This document shows, in pieces, positions 41,201-53,000 of a stretch of DNA of 64,000 nt (positions are counted from its first letter, which is position 1; the number at the start of each line of letters is the position of its first letter). The position numbers were made by a program, and so were the translations under genes. The DNA is from Catajapyx aquilonaris (Eukaryota). The stretch spans positions 1 through 64,000 of the forward strand of contig JYFJ02000400.1 in NCBI GenBank assembly GCA_000934665.2. Direction: 5' to 3'. The notes under the pieces were generated by a model. The model made no database searches and was not told the origin of the DNA. It worked only from the letters and a program-made list of their open reading frames with translations.

Positions 41201-44069
41201 AATATTGTCAAATGTTATGTGCATATTTTCCAATTTAAATAATTTTTTAAATTATTGAATTTATATTTGTGTTTACATTCAATTTGAGTGCATTTTGAAT
41301 TTTCAGTAACATGTTCCAGAGCATTTTTCTGATTCACAGAACCTTTTATTTACCGCATACTGATCATGAACTTTGACATCTTCTCTTAATCACCCCATTC
41401 AAGTTGTATTACCCAATACTCACTGTAAAATATGCAACAGAATCTCCACACCTGCTGAAAATCATATAAAATAGTTATGTTCATGCAAGTAATATTTCAC
41501 GGTTTCAATCCAGGGGCGAGAGGCCACAAGAAGAGCCGGAACACCCACACAAAGTGAGCCTTAAGCCTGTCCAGAGGCGGGATAAATCACCTGAAGCTGA
41601 GCCAGAACGCGTTCAGCTGAAGCCAGTGAAGATTGACCCCAAGGCACCACCTGAACCACCAGAGCGTGTGCAGCTGAAGCCGGTTCAGAAGCTGGAGAAA
41701 TCTGCTGAACCTGAGCCAGAGCGTGTCAAGCTGAAGCCAGTTCAGAAGGTGGAGAAGGAGGAGGAACAGCCTCCCGATTGGATTCACAAGAAGAAGCAGT
41801 TGGCCAAGGCAAAGGAGGTGGAGAAGGCCGAGGAAAAATCTCCAGATTGGGTTCAGAAAGCAAAGACCTTTACCAAGTCCAAGGAGGTGTTGGAGGATGT
41901 CGAGAGGGCTCAGAAGGCCTCAATGGAGCCGGCTGAATCCGCGGTTCATGGCAAGGAGAAGTACACATCGACACAAAAGCAGGTTCAGAAGGAAGTAAGT
42001 GTGCATCTATGGTGCTTGTGTTATTTAAGTTAACACTAGCTGATTTATTACCATAGAATGGTATCAGGAATAATCTAAAAAAAACCAGAAGGGTGTAACA
42101 TTGAATGTTTTCCAAATCTCTGCAGCAACAAGGTGATGTTGAGATAACCAGGAAGATCACATCAACCGAAACAACTGAAGTCGAGCATAAGGGAAGGACT
42201 CAGGAGAGAGTTGTTAAGGGACCAGTGGTAAGTTTGCATGCGGTGCAGTAATTGACCTGTGGAAAGTAACTAGTCTGGACTGAAAATTATTCATTTTTTT
42301 TTGTCATATTCAGAAGCCAAGCAAGCCCCCAGTGTTTACCAAGAAGGTCCAGCCATGTCGCGCATTTGAGCGTGAATCTGCACGATTTGAAGTGGAGTTT
42401 GATGGTGACCCGCTGCCAAATATCAAGTGGTTCAGGGAGGACTTCCCCATCCAGAGCTCCACTGACTTCCAGATCTACACCATGAGCACAAAGTCCATCC
42501 TCGTCATCCGAGAGGTCTTCATGGAGGACTCCGGTTCGTACGTCTTCTTACCACAAACTTTCTTTTTAACGTAACGTCGCTATTTCTCTGCAGCCGTGTT
42601 CAGGGTTGTGGCTGAGAATGCAGGTGGCTCTGCGAAATGCAGCGCTAATCTGGTAGTGGAGGAGAGAAAGCTGGGTCGCTCCGGCATTGTCCCTCCCAGT
42701 TTCACCACCACAATCCAGGACACACATGTCAAGGCCGGTCAGCTTGCCAGATTTGATGCAAAGGTTACAGGGACCCGACCACTTGATGTCTACTGGCTCA
42801 AGGTAAATCGCTTGTTGCATTACCAAACATTGCGTATACACCGGAGAACAACGTGTAACTCTCTCTGGTATTTTTTCCTTCAGAATGGCAAGAAGATGAC
42901 TACTGATATTCGGTATAAGATGGTGGAGGAAGATGGCACCTACACTCTTCTGGTGATCGAGACTTTCCCAGAAGATTCTGGAAAATACGAATGTGTTGCA
43001 ATCAACAGTGCAGGGGAAGGCCGCTGTGAAGCTGAGCTCTACGTAGAGGCATCGCCAACAGCTTCCAAGCCCAGCAAACCCACTGGAGCACAGGATCAGA
43101 AACCAACAATTGTGGAGCCCTTGAAGGACCAAAAGGTCAATGAGGGACAGGCCGCCAGCTTTAAGACCAGAGTCACTGGAAAACCTGGTCAGTTTAGGAA
43201 TCACTGATGTATGACTGTAAATAATACACATTGTTTGACACTATCTTTTTGACTACAGTGCCCTCTGTTCAGTGGATGAAGACAGACAAGGTCATAAAGC
43301 AGTCCAAATATTTCCGGATGTCCCAGGAAGGCGACTATCATGTCCTCCGGGTATCCGAGGCCTTCCCAGAAGATGAAGGAACCTACAAAGCTGTTGCCAC
43401 CAATTCGGCCGGACAGGCTTCCACATCCGCTAACCTCAAAGTTTTGGGTGAGCCTATTCTTCCATTTTCAAATCAGCTGAAATGTTACTCTGCAGCCATC
43501 ATTAAACGTGAAATATTTTGCAGTCCCAGAGGTTCGCGAGGTGGCCCCCACACTGGCAAAAATGAATGACGTTACTGTGCCGGAGGGAAATCCTGCCCAA
43601 TTCCGCACTCAAGTGACAGGAGCACCAACACCAACCATTCAGTGGTTCAGAGAAGGACAACTCATCCCTCAGTCGGCTGACTTTCAGGTAAGGAAATTGT
43701 GGATATGCATTTGGATAATTAATACGCAGAGCTGGTTTACTGGAAATATTTTGAAAGTAATTTATCACTCGGAATGGTTGAGACAGTATTAAATTCCTCG
43801 TAAATGCAAAACCATAATATCGTACATCAGAGAATATGTTGATATAGACTAGTAAGTTAAAAAATGTTGTCACAAAGTTTTTACAGAGTTTTTTTATTAT
43901 ACTCATCGCAAAATAAATATCCTTTCAGATGATCCATGAGGCAAGCCATGCTGTACTCCTGATCAAGACCACCTACGTTGAAGACTCTGGTGTGTTCACC
44001 TGCCGTGCAACCAACTCCGCAGGACAGGTGGAGACATCTGCACACCTCAGAGTCCAAAGTAAGAAATGA
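14078..44069 (+). CDS. sls: Kettin isoform of sls: 56 exons, about 5006 aa, 35 Ig domains with kettin linkers
   Basis: Exons: 14078-14246, 17165-17198, 19343-19497, 19573-19725, 19797-19904, 19965-20116, 20186-20549, 20730-20847, 20940-21668, 21788-22161, 22224-22625, 22686-22958, 23026-23242, 23377-23524, 23580-23760, 23826-24220, 24339-24600, 25061-25204, 26065-26466, 26773-27171, 27233-27487, 27554-27697, 27757-28158, 28299-28556, 28628-28771, 30418-30556, 30632-30888, 30948-31087, 31166-31424, 31491-32147, 32379-32522, 32605-33225, 33530-33979, 34062-34205, 34272-34417, 34812-34932, 35062-35464, 35531-36384, 36447-36808, 36865-37467, 37528-37789, 37874-38161, 38233-38464, 38547-38718, 38790-38976, 40299-40504, 40579-40706, 40784-40837, 41514-41994, 42126-42227, 42314-42533, 42594-42802, 42884-43187, 43259-43447, 43524-43687, 43929-44069. 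Total 15021 nt, all phases consistent. MQRQ start, SPPVFEQIFRNARFAHGGNALFEG, DTFEYRLLRE and repeated HFECRL.PV.DP..KVEW..HDFGYVALD / SQH..LEKIQ.LED motifs match Drosophila Sls/kettin as I recall it. Confidence 0.95.
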
Positions 44070-47000
44070 AGATCCATTTCTTTCTACCTGTGTTTCTTCA
44101 ATACCTTTTTTTTTCCTAATTGTAGTAGCTTGTTGTTAAAAATGTAGTCGTAGGTGGCAAGGTATGGTTTACAAGGCAACAAGTGCCTCTGCCACCCGAA
44201 TAACTGTCCTGCAGAATACCAAGGCCTCGTCATTTGCCTGCTCTCAACATCTTCAATTTCAGAGAAACTTTGGTATTCTGAACGATAGTTAAGGTGAGCT
44301 AAAAATTACGTCTGGATCCTCACTTGCTTAATTGGAACCTGAACAATGCCTTGTCTCTTCAAATAATATGTAGTATACATTTTAAAATGCAGTACAAGGT
44401 GTATGGAAAACAAAGAAAAAAAAATTACAAAACATGAAAATTTTGACCAAAAAAAAAATGCATGGTATCCTCGAAGTCGTCGACTTGTAAAAAAAAAATC
44501 TAAATGTGTGTGGATTGTTGGATGGCAACAGAGCCATTTTTATTTCAATGGTGCCGAACAGTCGGGAGTTGAGTGAGAACGTCAGATTCTAGTCACTGTG
44601 TTAATCCTGCAAGATAAAAAGGTTGTTGGTCTTTTATTCAGACCACAGGAATCAATTGGACATGAAAATTATTATTATTATTATTTTTGACCCTACGAAT
44701 TATTCAGATTAGAATTTGACAAGGAATCTTACCTCTTTATATATATATTTTTTTCTTGCTCTTTCGAATACTGTTGTGAACGGTAATAAAACTTTGACTC
44801 GAACGATCGGAGGAAACGAACGTTTCCTAATATGTGAAGGATGCTTCATATCGAAATAGAGCTTTTCTAACATTATATATTTTTCTTTTTTTCCTTTATG
44901 TGTTGTTATCAATACTAGAAGAAATATATATTATCTGGTTGCTCATATATATAAAAAAAAGGATGTGTGAACAATTGTATGTTACAATCAAAAGAAAACT
45001 TCAATAAACGAAACGATCGCTGTGAAAATGCACATAATTTTGTCAGATTTTTTAATGGTCAGATTCATCCCTGGTGGGCATATTTTTTAAAATATTTGGG
45101 ATGTACCAAAAATTGAGCCAGATCAATACAAGTCACACTCTGCTCTGACATATATTTTTGGGGGCTTTCTATTTTTTGACACGAGTAATACAGTTTGTGA
45201 GATTCCACCTGACAGTCTCATCCTCTATTTTCGGAATGTTTGCAAACCATTCGTTTTCCTCAAAAAAAAAAAAGCCCATCCCTTTTGTCAGTAAGCCGAC
45301 CAGCATTTTGCTTTTGTGTTCTTGAAATTCCTGATGCACAAAGTCACGGCTCAGTGATATAACCGCCCTTCAGTCGAGGTTGTGAGTCAGATGCGAATAT
45401 TTTTTTTTTGGTTCCCCCCGAAATTAGCTTTTGGCTTCCATCAGTGAAGTCGACCAGGAATCATAAACATGAACATTTTCCTTTACATAACCAGCTAAGT
45501 ATAGAAACCACATAGTTAAATGTCGTTTCTCTATTTTTTTTGTCGTATGTGTGCGAACTCTGTAAATCCTTTTTTGCTTCTATATCCGACTGAGCCTACA
45601 TGTGATGAGAGAACTTGATCCACGTCTATACAGCCTTCTTCTTTTCGAATTAGAATCGGCCTCCTTAGAGAACTTCCAGCCGCAAAATGCTATTTTGAGA
45701 CCCCCGCCATTTCTTTTTGACTTTGCTGGGCTCCGTTTCCCGAGCTCCAAATATAGATCTCAAGCCCTCCCATCCTTTTTCTTTCTTTTTTTTTTTCTTT
45801 AGGACGGATTTAGAGCTGGGGAAATGCGGGATTTATTACTTGCTCCCGGTGTGTCTCCTGACTTTTTTTTCTGTCGCGGTCTTTTTGGCATGTCCTGTAC
45901 TTACGACGTGACTCGTAAATGCGCCCCTCCAAAGTAGAGTTGTAAACGGGGCCTCAGAGGCTGAGATTAAGGGTCTTGGTGACATCCTCCTTGTCTTTTG
46001 GGCAAAGTTGGATCAGGTTCAGATTCTTACGTGGTGATTCTCCCAATATATATATTTTTTTGTGAAAAAACCAACCAAATGGGTTATAAACGTCACGTTA
46101 TTTCAGGAATACGACGCATTTTCAAAATGAGATATGAAACAATTCCCTCTTGTGTGTCATGGACTAACAATAACAGTGGAGAGGATAAAAATAAAAAGTG
46201 AGTGAGATTGTACAACCAAGTTTTATTGCATTTCTTTTTCCTTGAATACAATACGTGGGGAAGAATTGAAGGATCGAGGGAGATTGGGCACAGATTTATT
46301 TGCAATTACATCATAATTGGAATGTGACCAAAAAAAAAAACATTTCACAAACTTTCTGCTAACGGAAACTACATGCACACATTACAATTTACAGATCTGA
46401 ATAATTTTGAGTGGAGTTTCACTCAATTAGAGCCAATTTCATTCATCACACATTTGAGCCAGCATTTTCTTGCGTGAAATAATCATAACTCCATAACTTC
46501 TTTTAGCTTTTTTGTCCTGGAGACTGAAATGTTTTTAATATGATTTATTATACGAATTAATTAACTGAGCCAATTGAACGCATTTCATATGAAATTATTG
46601 GGTTTTATTTCAATTGCACAGAAGATATTTAAAAAACCACTCAAAATAATTTCGAAAGTTGATCTGAGGAACATATTTCAGGCAGGAAAATATTATACAG
46701 GGAAACCTGTCTATAACGGACCCTCACACATCGGAAAAGTAGATTTTTTTTTGTCGTCGTAAACAGTGGGAAATACGTTTTTTTTTTTCTCCTTCAGAGC
46801 GACTCTGCTATAACTTAGCCATCTAGGTTTTACTGTAAAATTATTTCTCCCACAAAACTTGGGACGTAACATAATTTTTCTCGGAAAACCATTTGACCTA
46901 CTTTGTTGGTAACAACTTCCGAAAAAACCACTGCTTACATAAAGTTTCGGCACATATTTAAAAATTGGGGGGTACAAAGTTAGAAGCAATTAAGTTTTTT

Positions 47001-50000
47001 GCTATAAGAACGTGTTCCCGGTTTATTTTTCTTCACTTCCACCCTATTCCTGTCTACCTCCTTCGGTTCAGGTCTGCACAATTTTTTTCTTTTCGCATAC
47101 TCTTTTTCCCCTCCCCCTCCCCCCTCCCCTCTCCTCCACCCCCCCCATAAACGTAACGTGAGAGTCAGGCCCTTTCACATGACCCTATTTGGCGAGGGTT
47201 GACTCCTTCTCTCTCCGGTAACGACCGGATGACCCTATTTAGTTGGAGCATGCAACAGACACACTCAGATAAAATAAAATAAAAAAAGAAGAAGTAGTGA
47301 CATGTAGTCTGGTTGGTCTTAATTCAAGTCGAGATACATTGGTGTGTACTCCTTTCGCGAAAAGGGGGACAACACTTTCAAACGAGACTGCGGCCTCGCA
47401 TTTCGAAGATTCCGACCGGACCCATGCCTAAAAATTTACGGGGCATTTCTCAGACCTGTAATGCGCGAAAAGAAATTTCCACAATTATTTTTAGAGCCTT
47501 TCGGACATTCACTGCCCCTCCCAAGTAATTGCGAATGGGCGGTTACGTGCAATTCTGGCTAATTGGACGGGCTAAAAAAAATGTAATTTTTCACACATCC
47601 CTTCTTGAGCATAAAGTGCAAATTTGCTATTTTAAAATGATATCAAGTACATGTAATGGCAATTTAACCAATCACGAAAATAATTGCAATAATATACTAA
47701 CGGCCTTGTTTCAGAATTATTGAAATCATGTCCGTATTGGTGATAATAATTGAATTTTCACTTGCTCATGAAAGTGTCAGCAGTGATTTGTACACAGCAT
47801 TAGAAAGCTCATATAAATCTTATAATTTTGTCCACTCGTGCAAAATTTTCATCTAGAGTGCAAATTGCACCTTTGCATCCGAATATTACCCCTTTAAATT
47901 GGCTTTATTTAATTAAACGCCAGATAATCGAGATATTCACCGATACGGACATCGTATATGCAATTTTTCGCACAATTTTAAGGATTGCTTGGCTTGACAG
48001 TGGGAATGTCAAACAATGGGTTTTTCCTGCACTTTGGAGCCGTTTTGCGGGGTAGATGTTATTTTAAGGATCTAACTGCTGGGCGAGCGTTTGAAAGTGT
48101 TGGCCCCCGTACACATCCTTTCGCTAATTAACGAGCAGGTGCACCGAGAGGGGGAAGTGTCACTTGTCACAGGCGCCAGAATCAGTCTCGGCATCCGGAG
48201 GTTTTCACACTTCCCAAGTTTTTTTTGTTGCGAAACCGCGCACTTTTGGCTATTTTCAGTCCAACTCACTGAAACCGGATCACCACTATGTATAGTCACT
48301 ATCACTGTTTCATGCTGTATATGATATTGCGACACTGCCCACCGCACTTCTTGTAAACTCGACCGCACAGCTCAACCTTCGTCCACATACTGTACACACG
48401 ACATGAGGTCTGAGAAAGGCTGTGACGTCACTCGCATTAGTCACACACTGCCCCCCACACACCTGCCCACCTACACAAAAATTTTGTGGTCACTGGCCTC
48501 CAACCTCATCTCCTTCTACTCTGAAAGTGTGAGTGTGTGAGTGTGAGGTAACCCACACACATACTCGAGCCAATCCCCCACTAGACGTCACCAGAGGTGG
48601 GGGGCGATCCCATGTGGTGCGCCTCCCCCCCTCCACACTTACCTACATGTTGCCTAAATATAGTGCATTGTAAGGTCCGATTATTGCAGGCTAACAATGT
48701 TGCTGTTGGCTGACCCGCTTTTTCCAAACTAGTAGACTCCTTATATGGAGACGTACGGGTTGTCACCTAAATCACTCTCTTTGAGTGGCCCAATTGGTGG
48801 TCTGGACCCAGCCGTACTTGTTAGTCATGGTGTTACGAAACACTTGTTTGGAGGCCAGACTATTACTTATGTGCGAATTGGATCGGGCCTGCATTTCGCT
48901 CCGGTTATGATATGGCATCGCCTCAAGGCATGTTGCGTATCCTTGCTTTTCATGCAGCCCGCACTGCACAGCCTTGAGGAAAATAAATGTCAGAAATAAA
49001 ATAATGCTGGACATGTACACATAGAAAATGAGTAAACTACAGCCAACACTTGGTTTCGATAACATGCCACTGCCTACAAACCCTTCATGCTTTTGCAGTG
49101 GCAGCAGAAGCATGAATTTTATCAGCATGCAGGCCACACACATTCAATACCATTTGAATGATTGAACTCCTGCTTTGATATCAGTTGCTAAAATTAAAAT
49201 TGAGGTCAAGCACCTTGCGACTTCACACACACGTATATATAGTACCAACCATGCAAAAAATATTATTGGTCTGAAAAAAACTTGCTGCCTTGGGATAGAT
49301 CATTAGTCAAAACCCGTGTGTCTGAAAGTGAGGAAAAGTGACTTCTGTCATGCTAAACGTCCTTGTAAAAATAACTTCTTCGCATGCAGACTTGTTACGC
49401 ACACTTTTCTGGACTACATCCTAATGGTGCCTGTAAGTTCCCCTAGAGAACGAAACAGATGTTTACAGAGAAATACGTCTAGAAATACCTCCCGCTGTTG
49501 TGTGATTAATTGTTGCATCTTTCTTGACTTTCAGGGAGGACAAAAGTCAGCACAGCGGCACATGTAACCGAAGGAACAAAGGAGGGAATTCAGCAAGTCA
49601 CTCAAACATCACAGGGTAAGCAATTAACACAGGAGGAGATCTCACGTCAGCAGTACCAATCTGTTGAAGATAGCGAGTATCTGTCACTGAGTCGAGATGT
49701 CAGAGTGCGAAAGGCAATGGATGTCCCGTGGAGAGTGCCTGAAGAAGGAGTTCAGCCATACTCGACGTCTGAAGACACCAGTTGGCTCCGAAGCGACCAA
49801 AGGGTTGATGAGACCAAGCAGAAGCGGCTACCATGGCAGCCTAAACTGGAGAAGGAAGAGGATAAGGTTCCAGAGTGGTTGAGGCAACCGAGGGAAGAGG
49901 TTCTGAAGCGAGTTCAGCGGACGGAAAAGGTCATTGAGAAGGAAACACTGGAGCAGGTGGAGCTGAGGCCATCGAAGATTGAGAAACGTCCACTTGATGC

Positions 50001-53000
50001 AACGCAGTTAGAGCAAGTTCAGCTGAAGCCTGGCCGAAGAGGGTCAAGGCCTGAAGAGACTCAAGAACCAATACATCTGAAGCCATGGCAGAGAGGTGAA
50101 AGACCTGAGGAAACACCTGAGCAAGTACAACTTAAGCCGTGGCAGAGAGGTGAAAGGCCCGAAGAGGCACCAGAGCAAGTCCATCTGAAGCCATGGCAGA
50201 GACCGAAGCCAAAGCCTGATGAATTTGGTCAACAGCCATATTCAGAGACTGAAGATACATCTCTCCTTGATCGTGGTGAGCAAGTTGAAGAGACTGAAAG
50301 AAGGAAGCCGAAGCCTGAAGAAAAGCTGCCAATATGGCAACGGAAGAAGAAGGAGGAGCTGCCCGAATGGCTGAGACCAAAGGAAGAAGTGCTGAAGCCC
50401 ACCAAACGAGAGCAGAGGGTCATTGAGAAGGAGACATTGGAACAAGTTGAACTGAAACCAGGTAAGCCTATTGAGAAGCCTGGTGAGCCAGGTCCTGAGC
50501 AAGTTCAGCTGAAGCCATGGAAGAAAGAAGCGCCAAAGGAAAAGGAAGTACAAAAAGAAGAGACAGGAATCCGTCCATACACAGAAACAGACGATGCAAG
50601 TCGACTTCAACTTCAACGCCAGGTTGAAGAAACGAAAGAGGAGTTTCCAAAGCCAAAGCCTGAAGAAAAGGTGCCAATATGGATACGGAAGAAACCTACA
50701 AAAGAAGAGACGGGTGTTCAGCCTTACACTGAAACGGATGATGCGAGTCTCCTGCAACTTCAGCGTGGTGTTGAAGAAACAAGAGAAGAGGCACCGAAGC
50801 CAAAGCCTGAAGAAAAGGTTCCAATATGGATACGGAAGAAGCGAGAGGAGGAGGAGGCACCGAAAGAACCAGAGTGGAAGAAGCCCAAAGAGGAAATGCT
50901 GAAACCAACAAAGAAGCAGGAGAGAGTAATTGAAACTCCTACTTTAGAGAAGGTTGAATTGAAGCCAACAAAGCGGGAGGGATATAAACCAGAAGCAGAA
51001 ACACTTGAACAAGTTGATCTCAAGCCTGTCCGTCGTCCAGAAAAGCCTGAGGAGAAACCTGCTGAGCCAGTACATCTAAAGCCATGGCAGAGGCCGACGG
51101 AGGAGATGCAGCCGTACACAACAGAGGAAGATGATAGCCGACTTCTTATGGATAGAAAGATTGAGGAAACTAAAGTGAAGCCTAAACCTGAGGAAAAACC
51201 AAAACCAGAAGAGAAATTACCAATTTGGCTCCGGAAGAAGAAGGTGGAAGAGGAGGCTCCAAAACCAGAGGAGGGAGTTCAACCTTACGCTGAGACTGAA
51301 GATGCCAGCAGGCTGCTTCTGGCCAGAAAAGTCGACGAAACCAAAGAGCAGAAGCCAAAGCCAGAGGAGAAACCAAAACCAGAGGAGAAGGTCCCCGTAT
51401 GGATTCGAAAGAAGAAGGTTGAAGAAGAAGCTCCCAAGCCAGAAGAAGGGGTTCAACCTTACGCTGAGACTGAAGATGCCAGCAGGCTTCTACTGGACAG
51501 GAAAGTTGAGGAAGAGAAGGAACAGGCACCAAAACCAGAGGAAAAGGTACCAATCTGGATCAGAAAGAAGCGAGAGGAAGAGGAGAAGAAGGTGCCTGAA
51601 TGGCTGAGACCAAAGGAAGAAGTGTTGAAACCCACAAAGAAAGTCGAGAGGGTGATTGAAGCACCGACCATGGAGACAGTTGAGCTGAAGCCTGGCCAGA
51701 AGATTCAGAAGCCGGAAGAGCAGGCTCCAGAACCAATCAAGTTGAAGCCTGTAAAGAAGGAGAAACCTGAGGAGGTGCCTCAACAGCCTTATGTCGAAAC
51801 AGAAGATGTGTCTCTCTTGGATCTGACTCGCAAGGTAGAGGAAGAGCTTCAGAGAGTAGTTGAGAAGCAGGAAGAAAGACAGAAGCCAAGATGGGGTGAA
51901 AAACCAAAGGAAGAAGAGAAGCTTCCAGAGTGGAGAAGACCCCAGAAAGAGAAGCCGAAGGAAGAGGTACCAGAGAAGGTTGAGCTGAAGCCAGGTCGAA
52001 GAATAGAAAAGCCAGAGGAGATTCCAGAGAAGGTTGAGCTGAAGCCTGGAAGACGACTGGAGAGACCGGAAGAAGTTCCGGAAGAAGTTCATCTGAAGCC
52101 GATTCCTAAGCAACCAAAGCCTGTTGAACCAGAAAAGCGAGAGGAGGTGCAGTTGAAACCGTTTCAGAAGGAGAAACCAGAGGAAGTCAAACCAACACGT
52201 AAGCTTCCATGGCTCAAGCAGGCCAAGAAAGTCGAGGAAAAGGTTGAGAAGCAGGTTGAGAAGGGAGAATTTGTCACGGAGGAAGACACCAGCTTGCTGA
52301 AGATTGGCGAGAAGGTGACTGTAGAGAAAGTGACTGAGAAGGTGGAAGAAAAGGTTGAAGAGAAGGTGCCATTCTGGAGGCGCCGTAAGCCCAAGGAAGA
52401 GAAGAAGGTTCCGGAAGAAAAGAAGCCGGAAGAAAGTTGGGCTGACGTCACTTTGGAAGAACCAGAGAAGAAGGAATCGCCAACTGACGAAAAACCCAAA
52501 CTGCCTTGGCTGAGAGACGTCAAGAAGAAGAAGCCGAAGGAAGAAGCACCAGCACCAGTGGTGACATGGAGGCGAGGAGTGACCAAAGACACGGAGGATG
52601 AGGTGGTAGAAGTTACTCTGAAGCCTGTCAAGAAGGAGGAGAAGAAACCAGAAGTGACTCCCATGGAAACAGTCGATCTGAAGCCAGTGGAAAAGAAGCA
52701 GCCAGTTCAGGAAGCTCCTGAGCCTGTGAAGCTGAAGCCAATCACACGCGAGAAGCCGGAAGAGGAAGTTCCTGAAGTGAAGCTGAAGCCTGTCCGTCTA
52801 CTTCCAAAGCCTGAGGAAGAAAAGCCTGAACAAGTTCAGCTGAAACCATTCAAGCGAGACAAACCGGAAGAGGAGAAGCCTGAACCAATGAAGCTGAAGC
52901 CAATCACACGCGAGAAACCAGAAGAGGAAGTTCCTGAAGTGAAGCTGAAGCCTTTCCGTCAACTTCCAAAGCCTGAGGAAGAAAAGCCTGAACAAGTTCA

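Noticed and set aside
19905..42883. Several in-frame, stop-free short introns (19905-19964, 20117-20185, 22626-22685, 31425-31490, 37790-37873, 42803-42883) as coding sequence or programmed retention
   Set aside because: They have canonical splice signals and intron-like composition, and several interrupt conserved kettin sequence. A handful among about 55 mostly short introns is plausible by chance.
45000..48400. ORFs and C/G tracts in the large intron as a nested or antisense gene
   Set aside because: AT-rich and homopolymer-laden, with no protein-like ORF. The tracts alone are not evidence of function.
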